DNA of 64,000 nucleotides from Paecilomyces variotii (Eukaryota): NCBI GenBank assembly GCA_004022145.1, contig RCNU01000002.1; one strand, 5' to 3'. Shown piece by piece: positions 25,699 to 37,103 of this stretch (position 1 is its first letter; each line of letters starts with the position of its first letter). The notes under the pieces were generated by a model. It saw only the letters and a program-made list of their open reading frames with translations, ran no database searches and was not told where the DNA came from. The position numbers and the translations under genes were made by a program.

Positions 25699-28600
25699 TT
25701 CAGGCAAACAATAGCGAGCGACTTCCACGTATGAAATCCACGATTAAAAAGCAGATTAAGAGGGTCTCCACAGCGTACGGCATTTATTGCACTTAATATT
25801 TATGGTGGCCTGTTTGATACCAGCGGTAACTTGGGAACAAGCAGGCAATGTGGTTCTGTGCGATTTGTGCCTACCAGTAGAGGCATTCCATCTGGCTCCC
25901 TAAGCGTTGAGAAAGTAGTTACTGTCAGGATCGTAAACCTCTATCGGCTGCCACAAAACACACACTGGCGACCAGCAGATTTTGATATATCGAGGATCTG
26001 CACACGAGCCGGCCACAGGGAGCTGGTGATTGCTAAAGTATGGGAATGGCTGGTCCCAAGGAAACGGGCTCCGGGGACTGAGAGAGGGTCCTTTGGGGGG
26101 TTCTGGAGTACAAAGAGAAACGATATTGAGAGTTTCGAGAAGAAGAAAACTAGAGGGGTAGCTTGTGCACAGCAGAAGGAGAGAGCGGTATGGACGCGCG
26201 CCTCCGTCGCTTGCACAATTTCCCTCCGTACAACGGACCGTTGCCCGACAGGCTCGTCTGTCTAGAACTTCCAAGGCCTTGAGAAATCCGAAGGGACAGA
26301 CCAGTGGACCGTGGACCAGGACAGCAAGACTTTGTCCGCCCAAGGTCAGTGTTTGTTTTAGACCTCGGCGCCGTTCTCTGACACTGACATTGGATGATCC
26401 GTGAGGCGTGCCTTGTGGCTGGTGGCGCCCGGATCGTCTTGGATGCTGAATGATACTGGATGCCAAAGACTAGCTGCCAAAGAAGGACTAAACTCATACC
26501 ACGACCTCCAGGAAACCTTGAATCGGGAGGTTCCCCATGGACTTTAGCACCGGACGTTGGACCGTCGCTTGTCGGCGAACAAGGAAACCGGTATTGGAGA
26601 TGAGCTCTTGTCCCTCTCACTGGGCTCTCGTCCGCCACCAGGGCGGGGCAGACATGTAGCTTCTAACTGGAAACTCTCCAGGGAAACGGCCGTTCAATCA
26701 TATTATCCAGTTGTCTACACCTGTCAAGCATCAAGGTTTGATATCCCATATCTCTATGGCTTCGTCGTCTATGCTCTCAGATCGAAGGAAGCGGGTGCTA
26801 ACAGCATCATGGACAGTCTTGAGAAACGGTCGATGATCAGCTATGATAAACACAGAGACGACACAGCAGCGGAAAGGGGACCATTGCGCGAGGGATATGG
26901 ATCCAAAACCAAGGAGCAGGTTTCACCACTCCAGGCACGCGATGCTCAGACCTCTCGTCTCATTTAAGATTTCCGAGGTCTTCACTCTAATCGTCGCTCG
27001 CTGCGGGTTCTATCCTACTTAGCGGAGAGATCGGCTCTTCCGGGATTATCCACGACCCCGTCTGACTGTCAGGAACATGGCCACTGAACCAAGGTCACCA
27101 ATAATACTAAATAATGAGCCTTGGGTCGTACAGGTTTCATAAATCTCATTCTTCCCAGGAACCGATGGAAAAGCCGCTCCAGTGTCTTTCTTCCCCGGAT
27201 TGGAACGTGCGATCTTCGAGCTAAGCCGGCATTTTCCCGATCACCGCTCTCCCTTCAACCGTGATGTTCTCTTGGGCACTTCTTTTTGGAAAACTAACAT
27301 CTCCCGGACGGCACGTATAATAGCTGGCAGAAAATGGGCAGCCTAGTTTTGGACGCATCTGAAGAAAAACCGATCGTAGGGCTTAGACGCCTGGCCCAGC
27401 GTTCCTGGGCCTCTGGAGATCTTTTCCGCCGCGGCTGTCCCGATGACCGATCGGTCCGCCACTCGAAATGCACTATGATTTGCTGGCATTCTATCCCGAA
27501 TCGTCCAAAGAAAAGAAAAAAAGCTGCTCCCATGCTTATCTATACTCCCGGCACTAACGCTGAGCTTCCAGTCTGTCTATGCTTCGATGCTCTGCGCTTT
27601 GTAGACTCCGACAGAGAAGAGATACCGACCCTACTCATCATTCTGATTTTGGGTGGAACCAGTTATGTGCCAGAGCGTTATTATTTCCTTTCGCAGTAGC
27701 GTGAGCAACTCACAACCATGGATCTCTTTTACTGTACGATTTGTGGCGCAAGCCACCGCAAATCATGTTTGTCGCACGTGACCTCTCGCTGTCATTGAAA
27801 AAGCTTTCGTTCACTCAGAATGCGCGGATGGAGTAGATGGGCCAAGTTCCAGATTATCATGATGGCGGAGTCTCTCCGTACTCCGTATTTCCTACCAAGA
27901 ACCGGCAGTTCTGTAAGAGAAAGGACAAATGCTGGCGTTCCAGGCGGGTCGAAAGACCCGTCAAAGTATCAGAATATCCCCAGAAGAAACTCCAGTTTCT
28001 CCGGGCATCTCCGCTGGAGCGAGGCCCTTTCTTTTCTTCCCTTTTAGGTAACTAATATATCTACTAGCTGGTTCCTGGCCTACCTAGCTCACCGGATATC
28101 AGAAAGCCACAAGGTGTACTAGAAGCGGCTTCCACTTGTGTAAGAGAATGTGAGCAACTGAGTGCAGTACCTGAGAACATTGCTCCTTGTAATTACCGCA
28201 AAAGTATTCCTCCACATGGCTGATGCCGTGCGAGAAGTTCGACACGACGCAAGTTGAAGCAAACTTCTCTCGGATAGCGTGTTATTATTGTACAACGTAG
28301 CCAATAAATATAACATAATATCACATCTTTTTAAACCCTCCTAGCTGAGGAATTCCGAAAGTGGGAGATGAAACATAAACCTACCCTCTAGCAATGTTTG
28401 AGTATTCTTACGGAGTATATATCGAATAAATTCTGAAATTCATAAATTCAAGATACAGTAACTTATTAATTCTGATTTATTGTCAGCGCTTACGGCTTCT
28501 GATGAGAGCGAGCTGCGAACCTGCTGCAATCCGCTGCTCCTACCCTCTACAAACCTGGTAGCAGCTGCAACGGGAAGCTACTTAGATCCACCTGTATAGG

Positions 28601-29007
28601 ATCAAAGCAAACGGAGCTGGAACCATGGAACGTTCGTTCAGTTCAGCTCCAGGCAGCTGTAATGTCAGGATTGAGTGAGGGAGCATAAATAGCTGATAGA
28701 TTTCGGTTACCTTCAATTCTCTAAGCAATCAAGGTTTTATTCCCATATCAAATGCTCCTTCAGAACCTTTGCTTCCGTGGTCCTAGATCTCCACAGTTAT
28801 TGGTCTAAGCATTGATCGCTCTATCGGCGGAAATTTAGGGAGATGTGCCTTTCAAGACTCCCGCTACATAGTAAGATGCCAAGGTATAGGACGAAAACCG
28901 AGCAAATAGGTAGAAAATAGCTATATTCCGGGTAGGACATTAAAATATCCTCCGCCGCTGCATCAATTCAGAACTATAACTAACGTATAATAACTAACTA
29001 CCCCTTG

Positions 29008-30510
29008 TCAAACTGGATAGTGATCGTGGTAAAACTCCAGCTCATCATCAGAACGTGATCTTTTGGGCCGGGGGCTTGACGTCCATGATCTCTTCGACTC
29101 TTCCGTGGTCTTATCCTTATCAGAGCGGGAGCTCCTCCTGGATAGAGAAAGGACTGATGGCAAAGAGCGGATTTTGGTCATAATGAGACTGAGTGACAGT
29201 TTATCGAGATGTCGAGCACACGGAGGAAGACAAGCGACCTGGAACCCCACTCCGATCTCGACGTATGTCCAGAAAAGGATGATGGAAACAATTCCTATCG
29301 TGAGTTCCGGTTAGCAGCCGCATAGGGACAGGATATAGAGCGAAGGAAGGTGTTCATACCTTCTTGATCAATCGATGGCAGGCTCGTATGGAGGACCTTC
29401 GTGTACTGATTCGTAGTTCCCTGGACTTGTATCTGGATCCAGACGATCATTCTCAAGAGTCCTGCAACCACAGCGCTACAGAAGGGTCAGTATCGATATT
29501 ACCGCACCGAACTATCTAATCCAGGACGGACTTACAACACACTGAAGAGAAAAACGAGTGATACTTGGAGTTTCTTCCAAATGCTCATGTTCAGCGTTCC
29601 AACCTGACGACGTGTTAACAAACCAATTTCATACAATGCTATGCTGGTTCGATTTACATACCATGCAAATTGGCTCGATCAAAATCGCAAGATCCAGGAC
29701 CCAACTGAAGACTGCGCAACCGGTTTGCATCGCGAACGTGTTTACGCATTTAGTACGGAGCGAAGTGAGACTGGACCAGCTCACAGCTGGGTTTGAGCCG
29801 CACGCAAATATTTCAAAGAAAAGGAACACGACTGTCCACATGGTGACAAGGATGATGAGAGTCCAGTTGACATAGTCAAAGGGGGTTCTGAAGGCGCGGC
29901 CTGGTTTCCCAATGCAGGGAATGGTCAGTTCATATCCATCATAATGCGGTCTATCTTGTTTCTTGAGGAATGGCGACTTACCCTTGAATATGCGGCGAAA
30001 CAAAAACAAGAGCGTCAATTTAATGAAACCAATAGTAAGCACATGGCCTATCCAGAAAGCGTATTCGAACTGATATCTCTTGCTTTAGTATTTCTCTCCA
30101 AGACTAGGATAGCCCGAGGAGACAGAAAACGGACCTTTCCAAGTTCATGTTGTTCTGTTGGGGTGATCCCTGGAATTGAATGTCCGCCGATGATGTTCAT
30201 TTGTGCTCCTATTAATGATATTCAGGATACAGCGTCGGGAGTTTATCGGCATAGTCTCTTACCTATTACCATAGCAACACCGGCAGCTATGGTAAGGAAC
30301 TACAATGAAGTATTAGCAGTTGAACATCTCTCGTCCAGCACAGGTAGTTGCTCCAAGACTTACGGCAGCAGGAACAATGAAAAGGTCATCGATTTCGACA
30401 TTTCTGGAATATCGCCGCCATCCGTATGCTCTGATAGCAAGCGATATGACGACAAGGACTGGAAATATGATACCAATGGCAGTCACACTGCCTTTATTAA
30501 CGTATGTCAT
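29008..30510 (-). CDS. PTH11-like (fungal rhodopsin-domain) integral membrane protein without CFEM, multi-exon
   Basis: Spliced: ...ISLAIRAYGWRR...IDDLFIVPAA|FLTIAAGVAMVIG|...|FEYAFWIGHVLTIGFIKLTLLFLFRRIFKG...FACG...C...SWVLDLAILIEP...FWTYVEIGVGFQVACLPP, a typical PTH11-family pattern. Confidence 0.8.
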
Positions 30511-31128
30511 GGTTATGGTGGCCTTAAGGGATAGACATCGACCGATACTTTCTGGAAAGAGTTGAGGATCGAGTCCTGATCCTATGTAGGCATTAAGGGC
30601 CAGTCCAGGTCTGTGCCTATGTACACGCCTGAAAGACCCATATATGTATTACAGCGCAAGGGATCTCGCCATCATGCAACTATGCCAGAGGGATCGTGAG
30701 AGGGTTCACAAGCCAAAGCGCGAATAATAATGAATACGTGTTTTGCATACCCTGCCTCATGCCTCATACTTTCCTCAGTTGGGAAATGGATATGCGAGGC
30801 CTAGAAGATGATGTTTTCAGTCCATTGGGTAGTAGCACACCGAATATGCGGTTACACTGCATGTCAGCAGCGCATAAGGAAACTAGGAATAGTTATTGGA
30901 CATAATCCTAGCTCAGTGTACGATATTGTGGGGGCTGAAAGGCAATTGATCTCGATAATCCAACTTGGGTTGTGCTCAGCCAGATCTGGAAAACCCCCGC
31001 ATCGGCATGGAGTAAGCAGGTCCTGCTTCAGCCCAACCGTGCGTGAGTGTTATCGGCGTTAACTATAGTTTAATCACATCAGGTGGCTATGTACGGAGTA
31101 CATACATACATGTACTACCTGCGAGAAT

Positions 31129-31300
31129 TTGGACCCCACGTAGCCATATGATCGGCATATCCCGCTTAAACCCAATAAAGTACTAAATTAAGAATTCTGC
31201 AGGTGGTACCAAACTTTTTATTTTTATTTTTATTTTTATTTTTTCTATATTGTGCTGACGATCTATAGTATCTTGGACCCCACGTGGATATGTGATGGGC
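31129..31300 (+). repeat. Duplicated 13-mer TTGGACCCCACGT (31129-31141, 31273-31285) in the divergent promoter
   Basis: Exact 13-nt match with partly similar 3' flanks (agccatatgatcggc vs ggatatgtgatgggc). Confidence 0.55.
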
Positions 31301-31456
31301 TACTATGTTCATACTGAGCCAGATGATGGTCTAAGTTAACCGCGACGCGGGCTATCATCAGCTTTCTACTCTTATCGAATCTGGCCACCTACAGTACTTT
31401 ATCGGTGCTACTAGCAGAAGGACGTCTCATCAATCCCGTCTTGAAAACACTGCGAG

Positions 31457-32510
31457 ATGGCGTCGACGGAAGATGGAGAGAAAAAGCCATTTCTCCCCGG
31501 CAAAGAAGACGAGCCTGACTACGAGGATGTTGTCAGAACCGAGAAAGGGTTTACACGATCCCGGTTTCTTAAGACGAATGGTGCTCTCTTCATACTTCAC
31601 ATAGTCTTCCTGATCTTGAACATCTCTGTTCTCATCTGGAATTTACGCTTTGCGGGCGATCGCAGAAAGGGTGATGATCATGGAGATGTACTCAACAAAG
31701 TATATAGTAAGTTGCTCGAAAAGATATTGATTCCAAAATTCGTCCGTTTCATTCGCTAAATGCTACGGGATCTTATATAGCACCCGCGCAATCAGCTCTC
31801 CAGTACAAAGTAGAAGAACTCAATTCTGGACATGGCCAAAATCCCTTCGCAGGAGAGCCTCGCCCGGAGACCGACAAAGCATGGTCAGATCTACTCAGAG
31901 GTAAAGTATCACCAGCTTTCATTTGACTCTTAATGCGATATATAGGAACAGAGTTGACCGGCTATTCTCTTTCAGGGGGCATTATCAAAATCTCCGAAGA
32001 CGAGCTGAAGAAGTTGAACAAAACTTCCATTCCACTACAAGATGGGAGTGGTTACATTGCTTATCTCGAGGCTATCCATATGCTGCATTGTGTGGTACGT
32101 CGATTAGTCTTTTTTTGATGCTCCTTTCTATTTCCGCACGGAGCCTGTCTTACCGTACAGTAGAAACGAATTTATCAATCTCAGCACCCCGAACACTATC
32201 CAGAGCTCCAAGGCACTGATGCTTTCGCGCCAGGTCACTGGGGTGAGAATACCTTAGCCCTACCTATTTTTATTATCTATGCTAACACATGGTAGATCAC
32301 TGCCTCGAGGTTCTCCGCCAGGGAATCATATGCAACGCCGACATAACGGTGAACACGTACTATTGGAAAAGTCCTACCGAGATTCAAGGTAACAGAACAG
32401 GGGTCCGGAAATGCACCGACTGGAGCCGGATTCAGAAATGGGTCGATGAAAGAGCGGTCGATTTCAGAGGTCCTGATAAGTTCCTTGATACTTTGGTGCG
32501 AGAGAATTGA
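31457..32510 (+). CDS. UstYa/DUF3328-family oxidase 1 (260 aa, 5 exons)
   Basis: Exons 31457-31706, 31781-31900, 31976-32094, 32164-32242, 32296-32510 join in frame. N-terminal TM, FAGEPRPETDKAWSDLL, HMLHC, HWDHCLEVLRQGIICNAD, RKCTDWSRIQKW. Confidence 0.93.
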
Positions 32511-32722
32511 AATAAACTTGGCAGAACAAACATGATAAGATTTTGTATTCTATATTATTCCCAAGATATTAATGATGACTCGTTAACTCCTAGCCAGTAT
32601 TAATAACCTTCCAAATATAAGAAATAAACAGAACCCGAGATTTGGTCATAACTCCACTTAAGAAAGAATCGGAGACGCCTTTGAAACACTTGATATGTAA
32701 AACAGGAATGAATTTTATGACT

Positions 32723-33748
32723 TCATGGTCCCACCAACATATCAGTAGATGCTGCCCGATCCAACATCCACTTATGCAATTTATCCCAATTGACGCACTT
32801 CTGAACTTTCGGAACATGGTGTGTTGGGATATCCTGTCTGCGCTCTCCCCAGTATACTGTGTACATGGAGTAGTCCGCATGACACATGCTGCCTTGACGT
32901 AGGAAGTCGAGACAGTGGTCTGGAAATATGCGTAAGCATCCACAGAAGATAAATGAAAAGTAATTGAAACATTCAAGAACGTTGAGGGATGAGAGCACTA
33001 ACCTGCGTGGGATCGGAGATATTCGAATTGTCCCCCCGTTGGATCCAAGTCTGGGTAGAAGTGTTCGTGGTATAGGAATTGTTTGATGTTTTTCTGTTTG
33101 CAAGCGCGCCATAATTAGAATCTCTATCCCACTCGATTCCGAAAGAACATCCCGGTCTTTTTGAACATACCACACAGTGAAGGCTATGAGCAACTCCCAG
33201 GCCCGCTGCGTATCCGCCATCTTTCAGCGGTATAGAGTCAGAACCGGATTGCTTCAGCTCGTCATCGGATATCCGTAGTAGTGTTCCTAAATGCATATAT
33301 CATTAGAAACTACCCAAAAAAATACACTGTTATGCAACAATTCACCTTCCATCAACTCATGCATTGATTGCTCCCACTCTGGCCCTGGAGGGCCGGTGAA
33401 CCGCGTGTCATTAGGTATCATTGCGCGGTATTCATATTCAATGATGTCGTTAGCCGGTGCTGCAACGAAACGATCAGTAATATGGTCTTGATGTTTGTTA
33501 AAGGAGATGACTCTCTTACAGTATGGATCTGCAACCTGGCGACGGCTAGCATTCTGTATATTGAAGCTTGAGAGGGACAGCACCGTCACACTCAAGAGTA
33601 CACAGACAACCAGTAACACCGCATTGAAAAATAGCGAAACCGCGATAACTCGATTTCTATTCCTTTCCGAACGTGCTAGATGTGAGCCCTTCAAGCTCTG
33701 GTCTTCGCTCGCGCCGTCCAAAAACGGTCTTTGCTCCTCGGTCGACAT
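32723..33748 (-). CDS. UstYa/DUF3328-family oxidase 2 (248 aa, 5 exons)
   Basis: Exons 33748-33520, 33459-33346, 33286-33171, 33093-33003, 32919-32723 join in frame. N-terminal TM, FTGPPGPEWEQ, HSLHC, HADHCLDFLRQGSMCHAD, QKCVNWDKLHKW. Confidence 0.93.
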
Positions 33749-34695
33749 AGCTTAGTCTTTGAAATGCGCGACTGGAGAGACTAACAACGACGAATGTAAT
33801 AATGAACCTTCTGGCAGTAAGAAGAAATCTCTGAAGGCTCTCGAGAGATCAGCTGCCGCAATGCTATGGAAGAACAGCACCGAAGAAAGGCGGAGATATC
33901 CAGAATTGGCTTCACTTCTGATAGTAAGGAACCCCTGCTACCGGGATTCCTGGACCTTCTGTAGTATCCAATAGTCCTAACAAGGCAGTTCTGATCATGA
34001 ATTCTCCGATGTGGGACGCTGCCTTTGGGTGCGAGACAACGAGGTCAAATTCTTCAGCTAGGAAGCCTTAACGCCAACGTTTCACGGTACATCAACCCTG
34101 CAATTCTGCAAGGAAATCGGGCTTTGTCCGATCTTATTGAGATGATCGAAACATTTTGGGGAACTCGACTCACATTCATGTGTAATGTGCTTTAAAGTTC
34201 CAATCTGGCCGTGCATAGTAGCCTGCCTAACATTTAGTGTAAATATAGGGCGAGTCCACTTAGCTATCATAGGGGAAATCTAGCCCCCAACAAGTCGTAC
34301 CATAGATCCATGCGTGCTGTTCCTGGAAGCTGATTGACAGCCATGTGGTGGGGGCCACTCGTATCTCTGACCATCGTCATCGACTCCAAATATGAAGAGT
34401 TACCGCGTGATTTTTGCTGAATGTGGCTGTATAGGTTGCATATAACTGTGCTCAATTGATCCGTATGTTCTACAGACACGATTGGGTGGAGCGTTTGGGG
34501 GCTATGCATCGTGTACATAGAAACGTTCAGTTTACGGAAGCCACAAAAGCATATTCTAGTCTCATTCAACATGTTCGGCGCTTAGCCACCAAAGCCAGAG
34601 GTTTGTGCAATATCCAAAGATCTGCGGTGCCAATCAGAGTTAGCTGTGGCATTGCTACCTACCTAGATAGATTCTCAGTGATGTTCAGCACACGG

Positions 34696-34703
34696 TATTT
34701 AAA
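34696..34703 (+). promoter_or_regulatory. TATA-like box of the precursor gene
   Basis: TATTTAAA about 170 nt upstream of the ATG at 34870, which is in a good context (CACCATG). Confidence 0.4.
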
Positions 34704-34869
34704 GACTGTATATCATTCCAGAGGGCTTGTGGTAGAACTAGCCTTCCAGATCTGTCCTCCTTCGCTACATCTTTCAGACAGAAAGTATACGACTCGCTTA
34801 GAGATAATAATACTCACTCTCTTTAACAACGCTGGCCCCTCGAGTCCAAGACCACAACAGAAATCCACC

Positions 34870-35150
34870 ATGAAGCAGTCCCTCTTTCTCACTTTCTTGC
34901 TGGCAGCTCTTGCTACAGCCGTGCCGATCGCTTCTGGTAAGCTGCAAAATCTGTATTACTTGCATTATCCGCAGTGAGCTCACCAGATGATTCTCTAGCG
35001 GTAGAGCGCCGCGATGGAACGACCGAGTTCGATCCCGATTTCGGATTCAAGAAGCGCGATGGTACCACCGAGTTTGACCCTGACTTTGGGTTCAAGAAGC
35101 GGGACGGCACGACTGAATTCGATCCTGATTTTGGGTTCAAGCGCACTTGA
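34870..35150 (+). CDS. Kex2-processed repeat protein / fungal RiPP precursor (signal peptide + 3x DGTTEFDPDFGF), 72-80 aa, 2 exons
   Basis: Exon 1 34870-34936 encodes signal peptide MKQSLFLTFLLAALATAVPIAS; GTAAG donor at 34937; acceptors at 34974, 34986 or 34998 are all in frame. Exon 2 reads ...VERR-DGTTEFDPDFGF-KKR-DGTTEFDPDFGF-KKR-DGTTEFDPDFGF-KR-T-stop. Confidence 0.93.
35013..35144 (+). repeat. Three 45-nt coding tandem repeats
   Basis: Units start at 35013, 35058 and 35103; within the 12 peptide codons they differ only at third positions. Confidence 0.95.
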
Positions 35151-35778
35151 TGCGAAGCTTCGATTCAACGACAAGATTCATGACTGATGCTGGAGTTTGG
35201 GCCAACGGGATGAGGCGGGGAAGCGTTCGTTACCTGCATACATTACTTAGTTCTTAGTTTCTTGGCCTCATGAGAATGTCTAGAGTACTGTACTTGGAAA
35301 CATTAAAGTTGGCTCATCAGACGGCTTTTCGCTCGAAGCTATGTTCCCGCTATATTTTAGTCAAAATATGCACTGTATAAATAGTTAATCGCGCGGGGTA
35401 TCTGCGGCAGTACTCACTCCGTACATAGTACTCCGTACTTGTGCTTCTTGTAGATCACCAACAATGCATAGACTCTAGGGTATCATTTGCCCATAATAAT
35501 CCTACTAGCGTCTATCTACCCATCCGGGCTCTGTGCCTATGCAAGCGCCGGGATAAAAAGCAGACCAGGCTGTGTTACTTTCAGAGAAATAGCTAGGCTA
35601 TGGATATCTTGACTGCTTACTTGCATTCAGACAAAGGAAAAAGGTGGGGGCCAATTGCTCCCACCGTTGACTTCATATAACACCATACTTCAACGGATAT
35701 AAGAGAACGCGGCATCAGGAGAAGTTTGCCAGTCTCACTCTTGGCTCACAAGAGAGATAAACATATTCAATTAGCGCC

Positions 35779-37103
35779 ATGTCTTCTTCAATCCGCATCG
35801 CCATCTCTGGCGGTGGCCTGGCGGGCGCGGCCCTCATTCAAGCGCTCCTCCCCCATCCGCATCTAGATGTGCACATCTTCGAGTCGGCCACAGCTTTCAA
35901 AGAAGCTGGTATGGCCTTTGGAGTCGCTCGCAATGCACTCACTGCTCTTGATCTCATCGGACCGTCAGCGGCACAATGTCTCGAACGGGCTGGTGCCGTT
36001 CCCATGCGAGGAGTCCGGTTCATGCTTGCCCAAGGCGAAGGAGCTGGCAGCATGATCGATGAAACAGACAACGATGGACAGCGCGTCACCAGCATCGTCC
36101 ACCGTGCTGCTTTTCTGAAAGAATTACTGGCTAATGTCCCTCAAGAGCGCATGCATGCTTCCAAAAAGCTTGATAAATTTGACTGCAACAGCGATGGCTC
36201 TCTTACGCTCCATTTCACCGACGGGACTACCCACGAGTGTGACATCCTCATCGGCGCTGATGGAATCCGCAGCACTGTTCGCAGACTTATCCTCGGAGAG
36301 AACGACCCCGCGGCCTCTCCCAGGAACACTGGCACGTGGGCCGTTATGGCTTTGAAGCCGTATGCCGCAGCTCAAGCCAGCATCGGCGAGGGACCCGTCA
36401 ACATCGAGGATGCCCGCGAGTATATGTGGATTGGAAATGGAGCTTACTTGATGCACAACGTCTTAAACCAGGGCCAGCTGGTGCAGTTTGTCATTGCTGT
36501 ACACGAGAAAGATGCAGAGTCATCGGACCGCTGGCATCGGACCGTGAGCGCTGATGAGATCAAGAAGATCTACCAGGACTGGCCGCCGCATCTATACAAG
36601 GCTGTGACCGAGGTGCGTTCTATCTCTCTTGCTTTATCTTATTCGCTACTGACGAGAGATTATTGTAGCTACTCTGTGACCAGCCCGAACAACCCGCCAT
36701 GTACCTCTGGGAACATCCACCCGCGCGCACCTACGTCTCTGGCCCTATCGCCATCATGGGAGATGCTGCTCATGCCACTTCTCCTTGGCAGGGATCAGGC
36801 GGTGGCATGTCCATCGAAGATACCCTCATTCTCTCCACATTGCTCAGCCACGCAAAGACCCCTAGTGAAGCGCAGATCGCCTTGAAGGTATACGACCAGG
36901 TCCGGCGCCCACGCACACAACGTATCGTTGAGTCAAGTCGAGGCACAGGGTTGATCGCGCTCGGCTTGGGTGAAGAGACGAAGCTGGACCTGGGACAACT
37001 GAAAGCGAAGTTGTTGCCAAGGTGGGATTTCATTATAGATTTCGACAACAAGAAGCACCGTGACGAGGCTCTAGAAATATTCCAGAAGGAGTTGAAGTCT
37101 TGA
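35779..37103 (+). CDS. FAD-dependent monooxygenase (group A, salicylate-hydroxylase-like), 2 exons
   Basis: IAISGGGLAG, LIGADGIRS, IMGDAAHATSPWQGSGGGMSIED, YDQVRRPR; intron 36613-36668. Confidence 0.9.

Noticed and set aside
34456-34977. 173-aa plus-strand ORF
   Set aside because: Non-ATG upstream extension; only its 3' end (from 34870) is the real signal-peptide exon, read through into the intron.
34913-35146. Minus-strand ORF with repeats NPKSGSNSVVPSRFL
   Set aside because: Antisense shadow of the precursor: no ATG start, signal peptide or repeat-flanking dibasic sites. The repeat identity follows from shared third codon positions.
34870-35150. Alpha-factor-like mating pheromone precursor
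   Set aside because: Lacks the WC...C peptide and X-A/X-P spacers typical of Pezizomycotina alpha-pheromones; the adjacent DUF3328 genes favour a RiPP.
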